DNA of 64,000 bases from an uncultured Bdellovibrionales bacterium (GTDB taxonomy: Bacteria; Patescibacteriota; Minisyncoccia; Moranbacterales; UBA1568): assembly GCA_964543815.1 (NCBI GenBank), contig CAZIZG010000001.1, forward strand, positions 39,828 through 103,827, read 5' to 3'. Below, piece after piece: positions 17,108 to 26,422 of the stretch. The notes below the pieces were generated by a model. It saw nothing but the letters and a program-made list of their open reading frames with translations, was not told the DNA's origin and made no database searches. The first letter of the stretch is position 1. Each line of letters starts with the position of its first letter. The translations under genes were made by a program, and so were the position numbers.

Positions 17108-18364
17108 CTACGGCAAATAGTTCATCGGATTGACCGTAGCACCAATCGGGATATTTAATCCTTTCACTGTCTTCGATGGGACAACTTCGTATGAACTTTC
17201 CGAAAAGACCGTAAAGTGCAAATGATTACCCGTTGAGTAACCCGTGCTACCCATATTACCAATTTTTTCACCCTTGGTTACCTTGTCACCTTTACTGACT
17301 CCAATGGCACTCAAATGCCCATAGAGTGTAATCATACCGTTATCATGATCGATAGCGATCCATCTTCCGTAGGCATACTTACCTAAGTTGCCCGTGCCGA
17401 TTACTTTACCATCAGCTGCCGCATAGATGGATGTCCCATACGCTCCACCAAAGTCCACTCCGTTATGTTTCCCAGAGGCGTATGCTTTTTTGGAAAAACT
17501 CGTCTTGCCATACCCTTGGGTAATCTTGACGCTCTTCACTGGGTAGGCAAGCAAGCTCTTGGAGTAACTCGGGAGACCGTCGGTGGACAACCCTGATTCC
17601 AAGTCAGCAATTTCGTTTTCGATGTCATCACGCTGCTTCTGGAGGTCGTCCACCAATCCGTTATACTTGGTCTGTTCTGCTTGAGTTTTCGCTAAGAGAG
17701 CTGCTTTACTCTTCTTGGTTTCCTCCAGATTAGCATTACGTTCTGCTTGATCCTGGTAAAGCGTGTCCACTTCGGCCTTCTTGCGTGTCACAGCATCCTG
17801 TTCTTTCTTGAGTCCATCACGAAGCGACTTCACTGAACCAAGCAAATCACTGACCTGGTCACTCATGCTGGCCGTCCAACCCTCAGACTTGAAATAGAGC
17901 AAGCTGTCGGACGATGAAGCGAAAAGGGTTGGGGTGTTTTCATCAGAATAGTCATTATAGTAGACGCGCATCAATTCAGCGAGAATCTTTTTTTGATGGT
18001 CAATCACGATACCCTTCTCTGCCACCCGAAGAGAAAGGCTGCGAATCTGTGACTCGAGCTCCGATATTTGTTTGGCCGTGGTATCAATTTCCAGCTGTAA
18101 TTTATCAGCTTGAGCCTGTAGTCCATCAATTTGCTCCGTGAGCGTGGCTCCCTGCCGCTCCTTCAAATCAATGATTTTTTTGTATGCCTTAATCTTGGCA
18201 TCGATAGATTCGAGTTCATCCTGTTTTTCATCCAATGCCTTTTGGGCTTCATCGGAAAGGGTTTCTACGCTTTCCGAGGCCGAAACACGCACAACTACCA
18301 CGCCTCCCATCAGCAGAAGAAGCGAGAAGAAAGCAACGGTTAATTTTTTCTTTTGATATGACAT
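17108..18364 (-). CDS. Coiled-coil + M23 peptidase (EnvC/murein hydrolase-like)
   Basis: Signal/TM, long coiled coil, HNGVDF, YGHL, STGNHLHF. Confidence 0.9.
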   Translation of the reverse strand: MSYQKKKLTVAFFSLLLLMGGVVVVRVSASESVETLSDEAQKALDEKQDELESIDAKIKAYKKIIDLKERQGATLTEQIDGLQAQADKLQLEIDTTAKQISELESQIRSLSLRVAEKGIVIDHQKKILAELMRVYYNDYSDENTPTLFASSSDSLLYFKSEGWTASMSDQVSDLLGSVKSLRDGLKKEQDAVTRKKAEVDTLYQDQAERNANLEETKKSKAALLAKTQAEQTKYNGLVDDLQKQRDDIENEIADLESGLSTDGLPSYSKSLLAYPVKSVKITQGYGKTSFSKKAYASGKHNGVDFGGAYGTSIYAAADGKVIGTGNLGKYAYGRWIAIDHDNGMITLYGHLSAIGVSKGDKVTKGEKIGNMGSTGYSTGNHLHFTVFSESSYEVVPSKTVKGLNIPIGATVNPMNYLP

Positions 18365-18422
18365 GGTCGTAGCATGTATTATACCACAAAAACCAGTCCT
18401 GTTTTTGGTCCAAGAAGAACCA

Positions 18423-19925
18423 TTATGAAAGCTTTGAAATGGCTTCCCTAAGCCGTTTAATACTCTCTTCTTTTCCCAGTACCCAGACTACTTGAGCCGG
18501 AGAGGGCGAACGCTCAGCCCCGGTCAGCGCCACCCGGAGCGGCCAAAGGAAATCCCCGCGTTTATCCCCTGCCGCCGTCAGGAGTTTTTCTTCAATACTT
18601 ACCAGGCTTCCCCACGTAACATCATCGAATTCGCCGAGAAGTTTTTCAGCTTGTTCCAAAGAGACCCTGGTCATTATCTCATCATTATCCTTCCAATGAA
18701 GTAGCTTGGCATCATAAGCAATATCCACAAAGAAAAATGGGTTCTGGATACCGATATCAGTCAGTCGAATCAACCGATCACGCTCAACAGCGAGAACACG
18801 TTTGAGGTAAATTTCTGTCTTCCGCTCATCCCCTACCACGGCAAAAAAATCATTTTGGAATTGACCGAACTCGAAAGCTCGATTATATAACTCATCAACG
18901 GAGAGCTTTTTGATATACTCTCCATTCATCCAGTCTAATTTTTTCAGATCAAACACCGCTCCGCCTTTGTGAATCTGAGAAAAATCAAAAGCCCTGACCA
19001 ATTCATCAAGGGTAAATATCTCCTGGGTACTCCCCTTCCCAGGGTTCCACCCGAGGAGTGCGACAAAATTGAGGAGTGCCTCTCTGAGATAGCCTTTTTT
19101 CAAATAATCCTCGACCGCCACATCCCCCTGACGTTTGGAAAGCTTGCTCTTGTCAGCATTGAGGAGAAGTGGCAAATGAGCAAACTGCGGCGCCTCCCAT
19201 CCGAATGCTTCATAAAGAAGGACATGCTTCGGAGTACTCGGGAGCCATTCTTCGCCTCGGATGACATGGGTAACCCGCATGAGGTGATCATCAACAACGT
19301 TGGCCAAATGATACGTCGGAAAGCCGTCAGATTTCATGAGCACCTGATCATCTACATCCTTGGTATGGATACTCACTTTGCCGCGCACCATGTCCTGAAA
19401 CACTACCGCTCCTCGCTCTGAACTCACGTTGAGACGAATGACATACGGAATTTTCTCGCCGAGTTTCTTCTCACGCTCTTCCTGTGACAAACTCAGGCAG
19501 TGTTTATCATATTTGGGCGCTCGTTTGTTTTGTGTCTGTTCATTGCGTAGTTCTTCGAGGCGCTCATGAGTGCAAAAACAATAGTACGCTTGCTTGTTTG
19601 CCAACAGCTTCTCAACATGTTCACGATATAGCGAGAGACGCTTGGATTGTTCGTATGGTCCGTACGTACCCCTTTCAACGACTGCATCATTTTCCAAAAC
19701 CATACCCTCATCAGCGCCAACAAACATACTGTCCAATGAGCGTATCAGACTTTCCATTGAACCTTCGACATAGCGCTTCTGATCAGTATCCTCAACACGA
19801 AGAATATAGGTACCCGCCTCTTTCTTGGCAAAGAGGTAGTTATAGAGGGCCGTTCGAAGGCTTCCCACATGAAGATAACCAGTCGGTGATGGGGCAAATC
19901 TGACTCGGACAGAGTTTTGAGACAT
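18423..19925 (-). CDS. gltX: Glutamate--tRNA ligase
   Basis: RFAPSPTGYLHVG, RVEDTD, YYCFCT, IRGEEW, KLSKR. Confidence 0.97.
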   Translation of the reverse strand: MSQNSVRVRFAPSPTGYLHVGSLRTALYNYLFAKKEAGTYILRVEDTDQKRYVEGSMESLIRSLDSMFVGADEGMVLENDAVVERGTYGPYEQSKRLSLYREHVEKLLANKQAYYCFCTHERLEELRNEQTQNKRAPKYDKHCLSLSQEEREKKLGEKIPYVIRLNVSSERGAVVFQDMVRGKVSIHTKDVDDQVLMKSDGFPTYHLANVVDDHLMRVTHVIRGEEWLPSTPKHVLLYEAFGWEAPQFAHLPLLLNADKSKLSKRQGDVAVEDYLKKGYLREALLNFVALLGWNPGKGSTQEIFTLDELVRAFDFSQIHKGGAVFDLKKLDWMNGEYIKKLSVDELYNRAFEFGQFQNDFFAVVGDERKTEIYLKRVLAVERDRLIRLTDIGIQNPFFFVDIAYDAKLLHWKDNDEIMTRVSLEQAEKLLGEFDDVTWGSLVSIEEKLLTAAGDKRGDFLWPLRVALTGAERSPSPAQVVWVLGKEESIKRLREAISKLS

Positions 19926-19987
19926 TTGAGTGACTTTAGAGCGATTTTATGGCTTTACTATAACGTTTTTTGCTCATATTGTCACTA

Positions 19988-20016
19988 TTGACTTTTTTAT
20001 AAAAATATGCTATCAT
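19988..20016 (+). promoter_or_regulatory. sigma70 promoter of the orphan cassette
   Basis: TTGACT-17 nt-TATCAT with extended TG. Confidence 0.7.
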
Positions 20017-20085
20017 ACAAAGTCGACACATCGTGCCGACCTCGTTCTTCAACGGCCGATTTGGTCACAATTCTGGAGAGACCCC

Positions 20086-20340
20086 GTGCTCAACTACAAC
20101 CCCCTCGCTCACCGTGTCGTCTTCTTCTTCCTCGCCATCGGCGCCATCGGGATGCTCGCCATCCACGCCGACATGTGGTGGTTCGTGTCGAAGAGGACTT
20201 CCCTTCCAGAGATCGACATCATCGTCGGGAAGTGGGTGACCGGCATCACTGCCGCCATGAGTCTGATCATGGCCATGCAAGAGGCTCTGAACAAGGGCTA
20301 CTGGAGCGGCGGCACTTCGCTCAACCACCGCCAGGGCTGA
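20086..20340 (+). CDS. Small 2-TM orphan protein (GTG start, SD-led cassette)
   Basis: GGAGAG SD before GTG 20086, in the frame of ORF 19930..20340; GC-rich codons; terminator 20359-20411. Confidence 0.65.
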   Translation: MLNYNPLAHRVVFFFLAIGAIGMLAIHADMWWFVSKRTSLPEIDIIVGKWVTGITAAMSLIMAMQEALNKGYWSGGTSLNHRQG

Positions 20341-20423
20341 GACTCCGCCATTCGGCCAGGCCGCGCATCGTAAATGGACACAGATCCAGACGGTGCGCGG
20401 CCTTTACCTTTTATACAAGAAAC

Positions 20424-21113
20424 TTATTTCTTCAAGAGCACCTTCGTTGGAAACACAATCACCGCATTCCAAATACGTCTCCATCTTTTTGGCTGGAGAA
20501 TGAGGCGCCACAGCCATTCGAGACCAATGACACGTAACCATTGTGGGGCGCGTCTTAGTTTACCGGTCAAAAAGTCAAATGCTCCACCAACACCAACAAC
20601 TAGTCGAACATCGCCCGGGTTGTTTCTCAGCGCTTCGAGAAAATACTCTTGCTCGGGAGCGCCAAAGTTACACAGTACTATCGTAGAATTTCCAATACTC
20701 CCCAATTCATTATTGACACCAAGAGAAAAAAGCTTCGGATACTTTTGCAACAGCACCGTACGGATTTCTTCATACGAGGAAAGACCATCTTTTTTCAAAG
20801 CCAAAAAAACAGCATGTCCATCCCGCTCTGCCAAAGATAAAATATCATGCACCAGATCGACGCCTGGAAAGCGCGAGATGTCCTCACCCTGAAGCAAACC
20901 CGCAAGCACCAAACCAAACCCATCCGCTATCCGTAAATCGGCATTGAGTATACTCTCCCGAAAAAGAGCATTTCGGCTCGCAAGAACCAAAAACTCGGGA
21001 TTGACCGTAACAATCCGATGAAAACGATTCTCCCTGAGAAAGCTTTCTATTTTTTCCAAAACTTTCGTTCTGGAATCAAGACTGATAGGAACTCCGAGTA
21101 TGGGAATTTGCAT
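20424..21113 (-). CDS. WecB/TagA/CpsF-family glycosyltransferase
   Basis: IVTVNPE, ADGFG, GVDL, FGAPEQE, GVGGAFDF, RAP..GLEWLWRL; start set at MQIPILG. Confidence 0.9.
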   Translation of the reverse strand: MQIPILGVPISLDSRTKVLEKIESFLRENRFHRIVTVNPEFLVLASRNALFRESILNADLRIADGFGLVLAGLLQGEDISRFPGVDLVHDILSLAERDGHAVFLALKKDGLSSYEEIRTVLLQKYPKLFSLGVNNELGSIGNSTIVLCNFGAPEQEYFLEALRNNPGDVRLVVGVGGAFDFLTGKLRRAPQWLRVIGLEWLWRLILQPKRWRRIWNAVIVFPTKVLLKK

Positions 21114-21122
21114 TTCCTTCTC

Positions 21123-21151
21123 TTGACTTTTTATAATAAATATGCTATACA
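21123..21151 (+). promoter_or_regulatory. sigma70 promoter of the orphan cassette
   Basis: TTGACT-17 nt-TATACA with extended TG. Confidence 0.65.
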
Positions 21152-21182
21152 AATACCAGTTCGCTACAACCACGGGAGAAAA

Positions 21183-21368
21183 ATGCGTAAGCCTTTCATC
21201 TCGGCAACCAGCATAGCCCTGATGGCCGTCGGGTGCTGGGGTCTCCACATCAACACCAATGGCTGGCTCGGCTGGGCTTCAGTCGGTGGCATCCTCGGCG
21301 GAGGCATCATGCTGTTCCTTGCCAATATTCCGCCTCTCAACGAAGAGCGGTCGCCTACGAGCGATTAG
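21183..21368 (+). CDS. 61-aa 2-TM orphan protein (SD-led cassette)
   Basis: GGGAG SD before ATG 21183 (MRKPFISATSIALMAVG...); terminator 21359-21397. Confidence 0.6.
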   Translation: MRKPFISATSIALMAVGCWGLHINTNGWLGWASVGGILGGGIMLFLANIPPLNEERSPTSD

Positions 21369-21410
21369 ACAACTTGTCTAGTCGCTCTCTTTATTTTCCG
21401 AGTCAAAAAA

Positions 21411-21959
21411 TCACAATAGAGCAAAAGTATCAATTGGTTCGTAGCGCCGTTTACCATCAAGTGACAGGCTTTCAAACACGCACACCGTATCAACTGATTC
21501 CATAAGGTGCAATCGCTCTTTGAGCACGGGCTCTTCTGCCAGCTGCAGCCACTTCTGTTTTTTAATTTTGGAAAGCGTAACGTGAGGCCGATACACCTTC
21601 TTTTCCGTTACAAAAGAGGAAAATTCCTTTTCAATTTCTTCACGTAACATCTTGAGACCATCACTCGCCACACCCTCAAGCCAAATCATCTTCGGATTCT
21701 CTGGGCTGTCCATGAGCCGTACCCCGGTAAATTCAAGTTCAAATGCTTCCAGCCCTTCGCAGGCTGCCCCCACTCGAGCACAGACCTCGGCCACTTCACT
21801 TTCATGAACAAAGCCCAAAAAAAATACCGTAACGTGAAGATTTTCTGGGCGCGTCAAAAGTGAGGCGCTTTTTGGAAAAGCCTCCATTTCCTGAACCAGT
21901 CGTTTCTTCAGTCCAGGAGAAAGTGGAATACCAACAAAAAGTCTACGGGTCTTATTCAT
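21411..21959 (-). CDS. thpR: RNA 2',3'-cyclic phosphodiesterase (2H phosphoesterase)
   Basis: RLFVGI, NLHVTVFFLG and YRPHVTL (two HxT motifs). Confidence 0.88.
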   Translation of the reverse strand: MNKTRRLFVGIPLSPGLKKRLVQEMEAFPKSASLLTRPENLHVTVFFLGFVHESEVAEVCARVGAACEGLEAFELEFTGVRLMDSPENPKMIWLEGVASDGLKMLREEIEKEFSSFVTEKKVYRPHVTLSKIKKQKWLQLAEEPVLKERLHLMESVDTVCVFESLSLDGKRRYEPIDTFALL

Positions 21960-22015
21960 AGTCAAAGAGTAGCCCAAAAGAGCCAAAAAATCAATTTTCT
22001 GCTAAAATACGCCAT

Positions 22016-23962
22016 ATGAAAACCCCTCAGCTCTATCGCCTGGAAGTTGCTCCCCTCCTGATTCTCCCTCTCAGCCGATCGCCTTTTTTTAGCTATGCCA
22101 GCACACAACCCATAGAAGTTGGGTCGCTCATTACCATTTCCTTTGGGTCCCAAACTGTTGAGGGAGTTGTCTTTCGTTGCCAAATTCTTCCTGGTCAAAA
22201 ACCAAGCTGGATGAAGATGGTATCCCATATTAAATTATTGAGCGCCCTCACTGCAAACCAATGTGCCCTGGCGGAGAGAATAAGTCAGGAGTATTTCACT
22301 CCGCTCGGCAAAACACTCAAGCATTTTTTGCCAAAACGCATCATCGCTAGAGACAAGATTGCGGTATCAACAACGCATCGGGTACTTCGACCCACGAAAG
22401 ACGAACTTGTCCTTTTGAGAAAATTTCTAGAAAAAAGTAATGATACTTGGTACCTCGACACTTCGCTTATTGAGCATAAGCGATGGTTACCTCTCTTTGC
22501 CAAAGAATTTCAAAAGAATAGACAGCAAGTCCTTATCTTGGTTCCTGAACTAACACTTATCCCGGCCCTCACCGCATTATTTAGTCAGTACTTCCCTAAT
22601 GATAAAATAGCCCTCCTTCATAGCCAGCTCTCACAGGGTGCTGCCTACAAAAATTGGGAACGTATCCGTACTGGTGCCGCCTCAATTATCCTCGCAACGA
22701 GACAAGGGCTCTTTGCTCCTTTTTATAACCTTGGTGGCATCATCGTCACCGAAGAGCAGGATGAAAGCTACAAGCAATGGGATATGAGTCCACGCTATCA
22801 TGGCAAACGCGTCGCAGAATACCTCGCACAGCTTCACAAAGCGAAGCTACTTTTGACATCTGGCACCCCCAGCGCTGAAAGCCTCTATCGTTTAAAGCAT
22901 AAACATATTCAACCACTAGCACCGATAGCTGTTCATACTCCCATCGGACCAGCACTCACCATCGTCAATCTCAAGCTCGAGCGGTATCGGCGTAATTTTT
23001 CACCATTATCCGAGACGCTCACCCAAGCTATTCACAATGCTCTCGCTAAAAAAGAGCAAGTACTCCTCTACATTAATCGACAAGGGCTCAATGCTTTTTC
23101 TGTCTGCGGACAATGCAAGACTGTTTTTCGATGCCCAACCTGTCATCATCCACTGACAGCAACCCGTGATGATCGATTCCGTTGCAATGCCTGCGGTCAC
23201 ACAACAGAGCTCTTTCCAAGCTGCAACACCTGCGGTCATCTCAGCTTTCGAAACGTAGGATTTGGAACGGAACGCATCGAAAAAGAGGTAGCAAAACTCT
23301 TTCCCAGGGCCCGCACCGCACGACTTGATAGCACTACTCTTCGTACCTCGCATACCCTCGAAACAACCTTCGAAAGGGGTCAAGCTGGCACCCTTGATAT
23401 ACTCGTCGGTACGCAAATGATTCTCAAAGATCCGCCCTTGCCGAAACTATCCCTCATTGCTATGATTGATGCGGATAGCATGCTTCTTTTCCCTGATTTT
23501 CAGGCTGACGAAAGGCTTTTTCGCGACCTTTCCCGGGCAGTACGCCAAGTCAAGCCATTATCTGGACAGGTTATAATACAGACCTTTCGGCCAGAAAGTG
23601 CCTTTTTTCAAAAAATTACAGAAAAGAACTCTGAGCAGATGCTTGATTCCATCCTGACGGAACGCGAGGAATTACTCTATCCGCCCTTTGCTCGTTTTTT
23701 TGCCATCGACTGTCAGGATACAACAGAAAAGAAAACTACTGCGAAAGCCGCTACTCTTTACGAGGATTTAAAAGAATTACTTCCCCGTGGTTGGCGAATA
23801 TTACCCCCACGGCTAGTAGTCCCTCTCAAGAAAAAAAATCTCTTTCACTCCACAATTCTTGTTCGTATGCCCCACGATCGGTCGTTTACGGCAAGCTGGA
23901 AAAAATTACTGATACAAAAACTAAAGGATTCTTATATCGATATCGACCCTTTGACTCTTTGA
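22016..23962 (+). CDS. priA: Primosomal protein N' with degenerate helicase motifs
   Basis: PriA N-domain, LILVPE, SYKQ..PRYH, four CxxC, GFGTERIE, LVGTQM, YPPF, IDIDP. Confidence 0.9.
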   Translation: MKTPQLYRLEVAPLLILPLSRSPFFSYASTQPIEVGSLITISFGSQTVEGVVFRCQILPGQKPSWMKMVSHIKLLSALTANQCALAERISQEYFTPLGKTLKHFLPKRIIARDKIAVSTTHRVLRPTKDELVLLRKFLEKSNDTWYLDTSLIEHKRWLPLFAKEFQKNRQQVLILVPELTLIPALTALFSQYFPNDKIALLHSQLSQGAAYKNWERIRTGAASIILATRQGLFAPFYNLGGIIVTEEQDESYKQWDMSPRYHGKRVAEYLAQLHKAKLLLTSGTPSAESLYRLKHKHIQPLAPIAVHTPIGPALTIVNLKLERYRRNFSPLSETLTQAIHNALAKKEQVLLYINRQGLNAFSVCGQCKTVFRCPTCHHPLTATRDDRFRCNACGHTTELFPSCNTCGHLSFRNVGFGTERIEKEVAKLFPRARTARLDSTTLRTSHTLETTFERGQAGTLDILVGTQMILKDPPLPKLSLIAMIDADSMLLFPDFQADERLFRDLSRAVRQVKPLSGQVIIQTFRPESAFFQKITEKNSEQMLDSILTEREELLYPPFARFFAIDCQDTTEKKTTAKAATLYEDLKELLPRGWRILPPRLVVPLKKKNLFHSTILVRMPHDRSFTASWKKLLIQKLKDSYIDIDPLTL

Positions 23963-23981
23963 TTCTTTATTTCTTGACTCT

Positions 23982-24467
23982 ATGTTGCCACTTGTCACCG
24001 GGGAAAACACGAAACTTCTTCTCACCAAGACCGCGCCTGTAACGGATCCTCTTGCTCCTCACATTCAAGAATTGTTGCCAAAAATGATTAAAACCATGCA
24101 TAAGGAGCAAGGGGTAGGATTGGCAGCACCACAAATCGGCATATCGCTTCGACTGGCAGTCGCTGAAGTCGAAGGCATTGTTTATTATCTTATCAATCCG
24201 GAAATTACCTCGCGATCACAAGAGCAAATAGTATCCGAAGAGGGATGCCTCAGTCTCCCAGGTGAATTTTTTCCTATTCTTCGTTCCGAAACTGTTACGG
24301 TCCGATACATCAATGAAAAGGGGTTGCCCAAAAAATTACGGGCAACGGGATTCCTGGCAACCGTTATTCAGCATGAGGTTGATCATCTCGATGGCATCCT
24401 CATCATCAATCGTTTCACTAAACAAAAAAACAAATTAACGAAGCATCCGTATGACCAAGTGGATTAG
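23982..24467 (+). CDS. def: Peptide deformylase
   Basis: GVGLAAPQIG, EGCLS, QHEVDHLDG. Confidence 0.97.
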   Translation: MLPLVTGENTKLLLTKTAPVTDPLAPHIQELLPKMIKTMHKEQGVGLAAPQIGISLRLAVAEVEGIVYYLINPEITSRSQEQIVSEEGCLSLPGEFFPILRSETVTVRYINEKGLPKKLRATGFLATVIQHEVDHLDGILIINRFTKQKNKLTKHPYDQVD

Positions 24468-25527
24468 TCGATTTTTTTCCGCATCCCTTAAAAAAAAATC
24501 ACCTAAAACAGTTGAGCTCCCAAGCAAATCCGGCCTTCATGTCAGAGAAGATTTGAAGCGCTCATTACGTTCTCGTACCCCAAAGATTCGCCTCGTATTC
24601 ATGGGAACACCGCCCCTCGCCGCCTCGATTTTACGCAGTCTTCACGATGAAAAATACAATATCGTTGGAGTCATCACCAAGGCAGACAAACCGGTCGGTC
24701 GCAATAAAGAACCCCAAGGAGGTCCTGTCAAAATTGTGGCGGAGGAGCTTGGTCTTCCTCTACTTCAACCACAGAAGCTTGATGCCACCACTATCGCAAA
24801 TATCCAAGCGTGGAAACCAGATCTTATTGTTGTTGCTGCGTACGGCAAAATACTTCCTGAAGCACTTCTCGCACTCCCTGGTTTTGGGTGTGTTAATTTT
24901 CACACGTCCCTCTTGCCGCAGTGGCGCGGTGCCTCGCCTATCCAAAACGCTCTCCTCGCAGGCATGACTGAAACAGGAGTAACCCTCATGCTCATGGACA
25001 CAGGCATGGACACAGGCGATATTCTCAAGCAAAAAACAGTACCGATAGCACCAGATGACACTACCCCCACCCTCACCGCTAAGCTCCTAAAAGCCGGTAC
25101 GGATTTACTTTTAGAAACGCTCCCCCTGTGGATTGAGCGACGTATTACCCCTACGAAACAAGACGATAGTCAGGCTACTCTTTGTCAGCTTATTGAACGA
25201 CAAGATGGCAAAATAATGTGGACTGATGATGCAGAAAGTATCTACAATCGCTATCGAGCGCTTTCACCTTGGCCCGGTATTTTCACCTATACTCGAAAAA
25301 AAGATTCTATTTTACGACTCAAATTACTCAAAATATCATTCCAAAAACATAGTCCGCAAATTACAAAACCGCTTGGCATGGTTTTTGAAATTGGCGAACA
25401 CATCGGGGTACAGACTACTGATGGCATCATTTTTCTCGAGGAAGTTCAACTCGAAGGAAAGTCCCCCCTCCCCATTCAAGATTTTCTCCGTGGCAACGAA
25501 AACTTCATCGGATCAATGCTTGAGTAG
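24451..25527 (+). CDS. fmt: Methionyl-tRNA formyltransferase
   Basis: VFMGTP, VAAYGKILP, NFHTSLLPQWRGASPI, MDTGDI; ~45-aa basic N-terminal extension. Confidence 0.95.
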   Translation: MTKWISRFFSASLKKKSPKTVELPSKSGLHVREDLKRSLRSRTPKIRLVFMGTPPLAASILRSLHDEKYNIVGVITKADKPVGRNKEPQGGPVKIVAEELGLPLLQPQKLDATTIANIQAWKPDLIVVAAYGKILPEALLALPGFGCVNFHTSLLPQWRGASPIQNALLAGMTETGVTLMLMDTGMDTGDILKQKTVPIAPDDTTPTLTAKLLKAGTDLLLETLPLWIERRITPTKQDDSQATLCQLIERQDGKIMWTDDAESIYNRYRALSPWPGIFTYTRKKDSILRLKLLKISFQKHSPQITKPLGMVFEIGEHIGVQTTDGIIFLEEVQLEGKSPLPIQDFLRGNENFIGSMLE

Positions 25528-25535
25528 ACACCATT

Positions 25536-26366
25536 ATGATAAATCATGTCCGTCAGGAGCAAAAAAACTTGAGAGCCATGGCTATAAGCGCCCTCCTGGT
25601 TCTTCTCGTTGGTGGATTTTATGTTGGTCGGACCTTCTTTACTTCCAAAGGAAACGGTAGCGAAAAAACACTCTCTAGCGACACTGTTTCTGAACCCGAT
25701 GAGGAAAATACCCTCCCAACGATGACCGCAGATGTAATTAGACAGAAAATTTATAACGGAGATGCGGTGGTTTTTCTCGATACACGGGACAAGGAAAGCT
25801 TTGATGCCGAGCACATCCCACACTCTCTCCTCATGTCACCAGGCACTCTCAGTGCCTTTACTCCGGATGAAAACCAGACCGTGGTTATCGTGTATTCAGC
25901 TGCTGATACGCAGACTATTGATGCCATCCAAAACATCATGAAGCAAAAATCCTTTCCATCATATATGCTTAAGGGCGGTTTTGAAGAATGGAAGCGAAGC
26001 GGTAACCAGGTTTTGTCCCGTGGTAATCCGAACTCATTTCTCGATCAATCAAAAGTCACTTACGTCACTCCCAGTGAGGCGCTTGCCCTCATCAATGACA
26101 ACACAACTCGTACCTATATCCTCGATACTCAGACCGAGCAGGATTTTCAGCGTAAGCACATCAAGGGTGCTATAAATATCCCTTTAGATCAGCTGGAGCG
26201 TCGCTCTAAAGAAATTCCTGCCGCTCGAACCATAATCGTCTATGGAGCATCTGATCTCGTCTCCTTCCAAGCCGGCGTTCGTCTCGCCGATCTCAATATC
26301 TTCACCGCCCGGACCCTTCATGGTGACTTTGCCAAACCAGAATCAGGGTTCTTGCTTGAGCCATAA
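25536..26366 (+). CDS. Membrane-anchored tandem rhodanese-like protein
   Basis: LDTR...F..EHIPHS and LDTQ...F..KHIKGAINIP; LKGGFEEW. Confidence 0.8.
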   Translation: MINHVRQEQKNLRAMAISALLVLLVGGFYVGRTFFTSKGNGSEKTLSSDTVSEPDEENTLPTMTADVIRQKIYNGDAVVFLDTRDKESFDAEHIPHSLLMSPGTLSAFTPDENQTVVIVYSAADTQTIDAIQNIMKQKSFPSYMLKGGFEEWKRSGNQVLSRGNPNSFLDQSKVTYVTPSEALALINDNTTRTYILDTQTEQDFQRKHIKGAINIPLDQLERRSKEIPAARTIIVYGASDLVSFQAGVRLADLNIFTARTLHGDFAKPESGFLLEP

Positions 26367-26381
26367 TTTTCCTCTAAAAAC

Positions 26382-26418
26382 AAAAAAACACCCTTCAAAG
26401 ACTACAAGGGTATTTTTT
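26382..26418. terminator. Bidirectional intrinsic terminator
   Basis: AAAAAAACACCCTT...AAGGGTATTTTTT between convergent genes. Confidence 0.65.
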
Positions 26419-26422
26419 GATG

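Noticed and set aside
19930-21248. Long N-terminal extensions given by the ORF track (19930, 21018, 21248; likewise 28996, 33002, 34963, 56685, 63776)
   Set aside because: The extensions run through promoters or neighbouring genes. Downstream starts fit the family N-termini or SD positions better.
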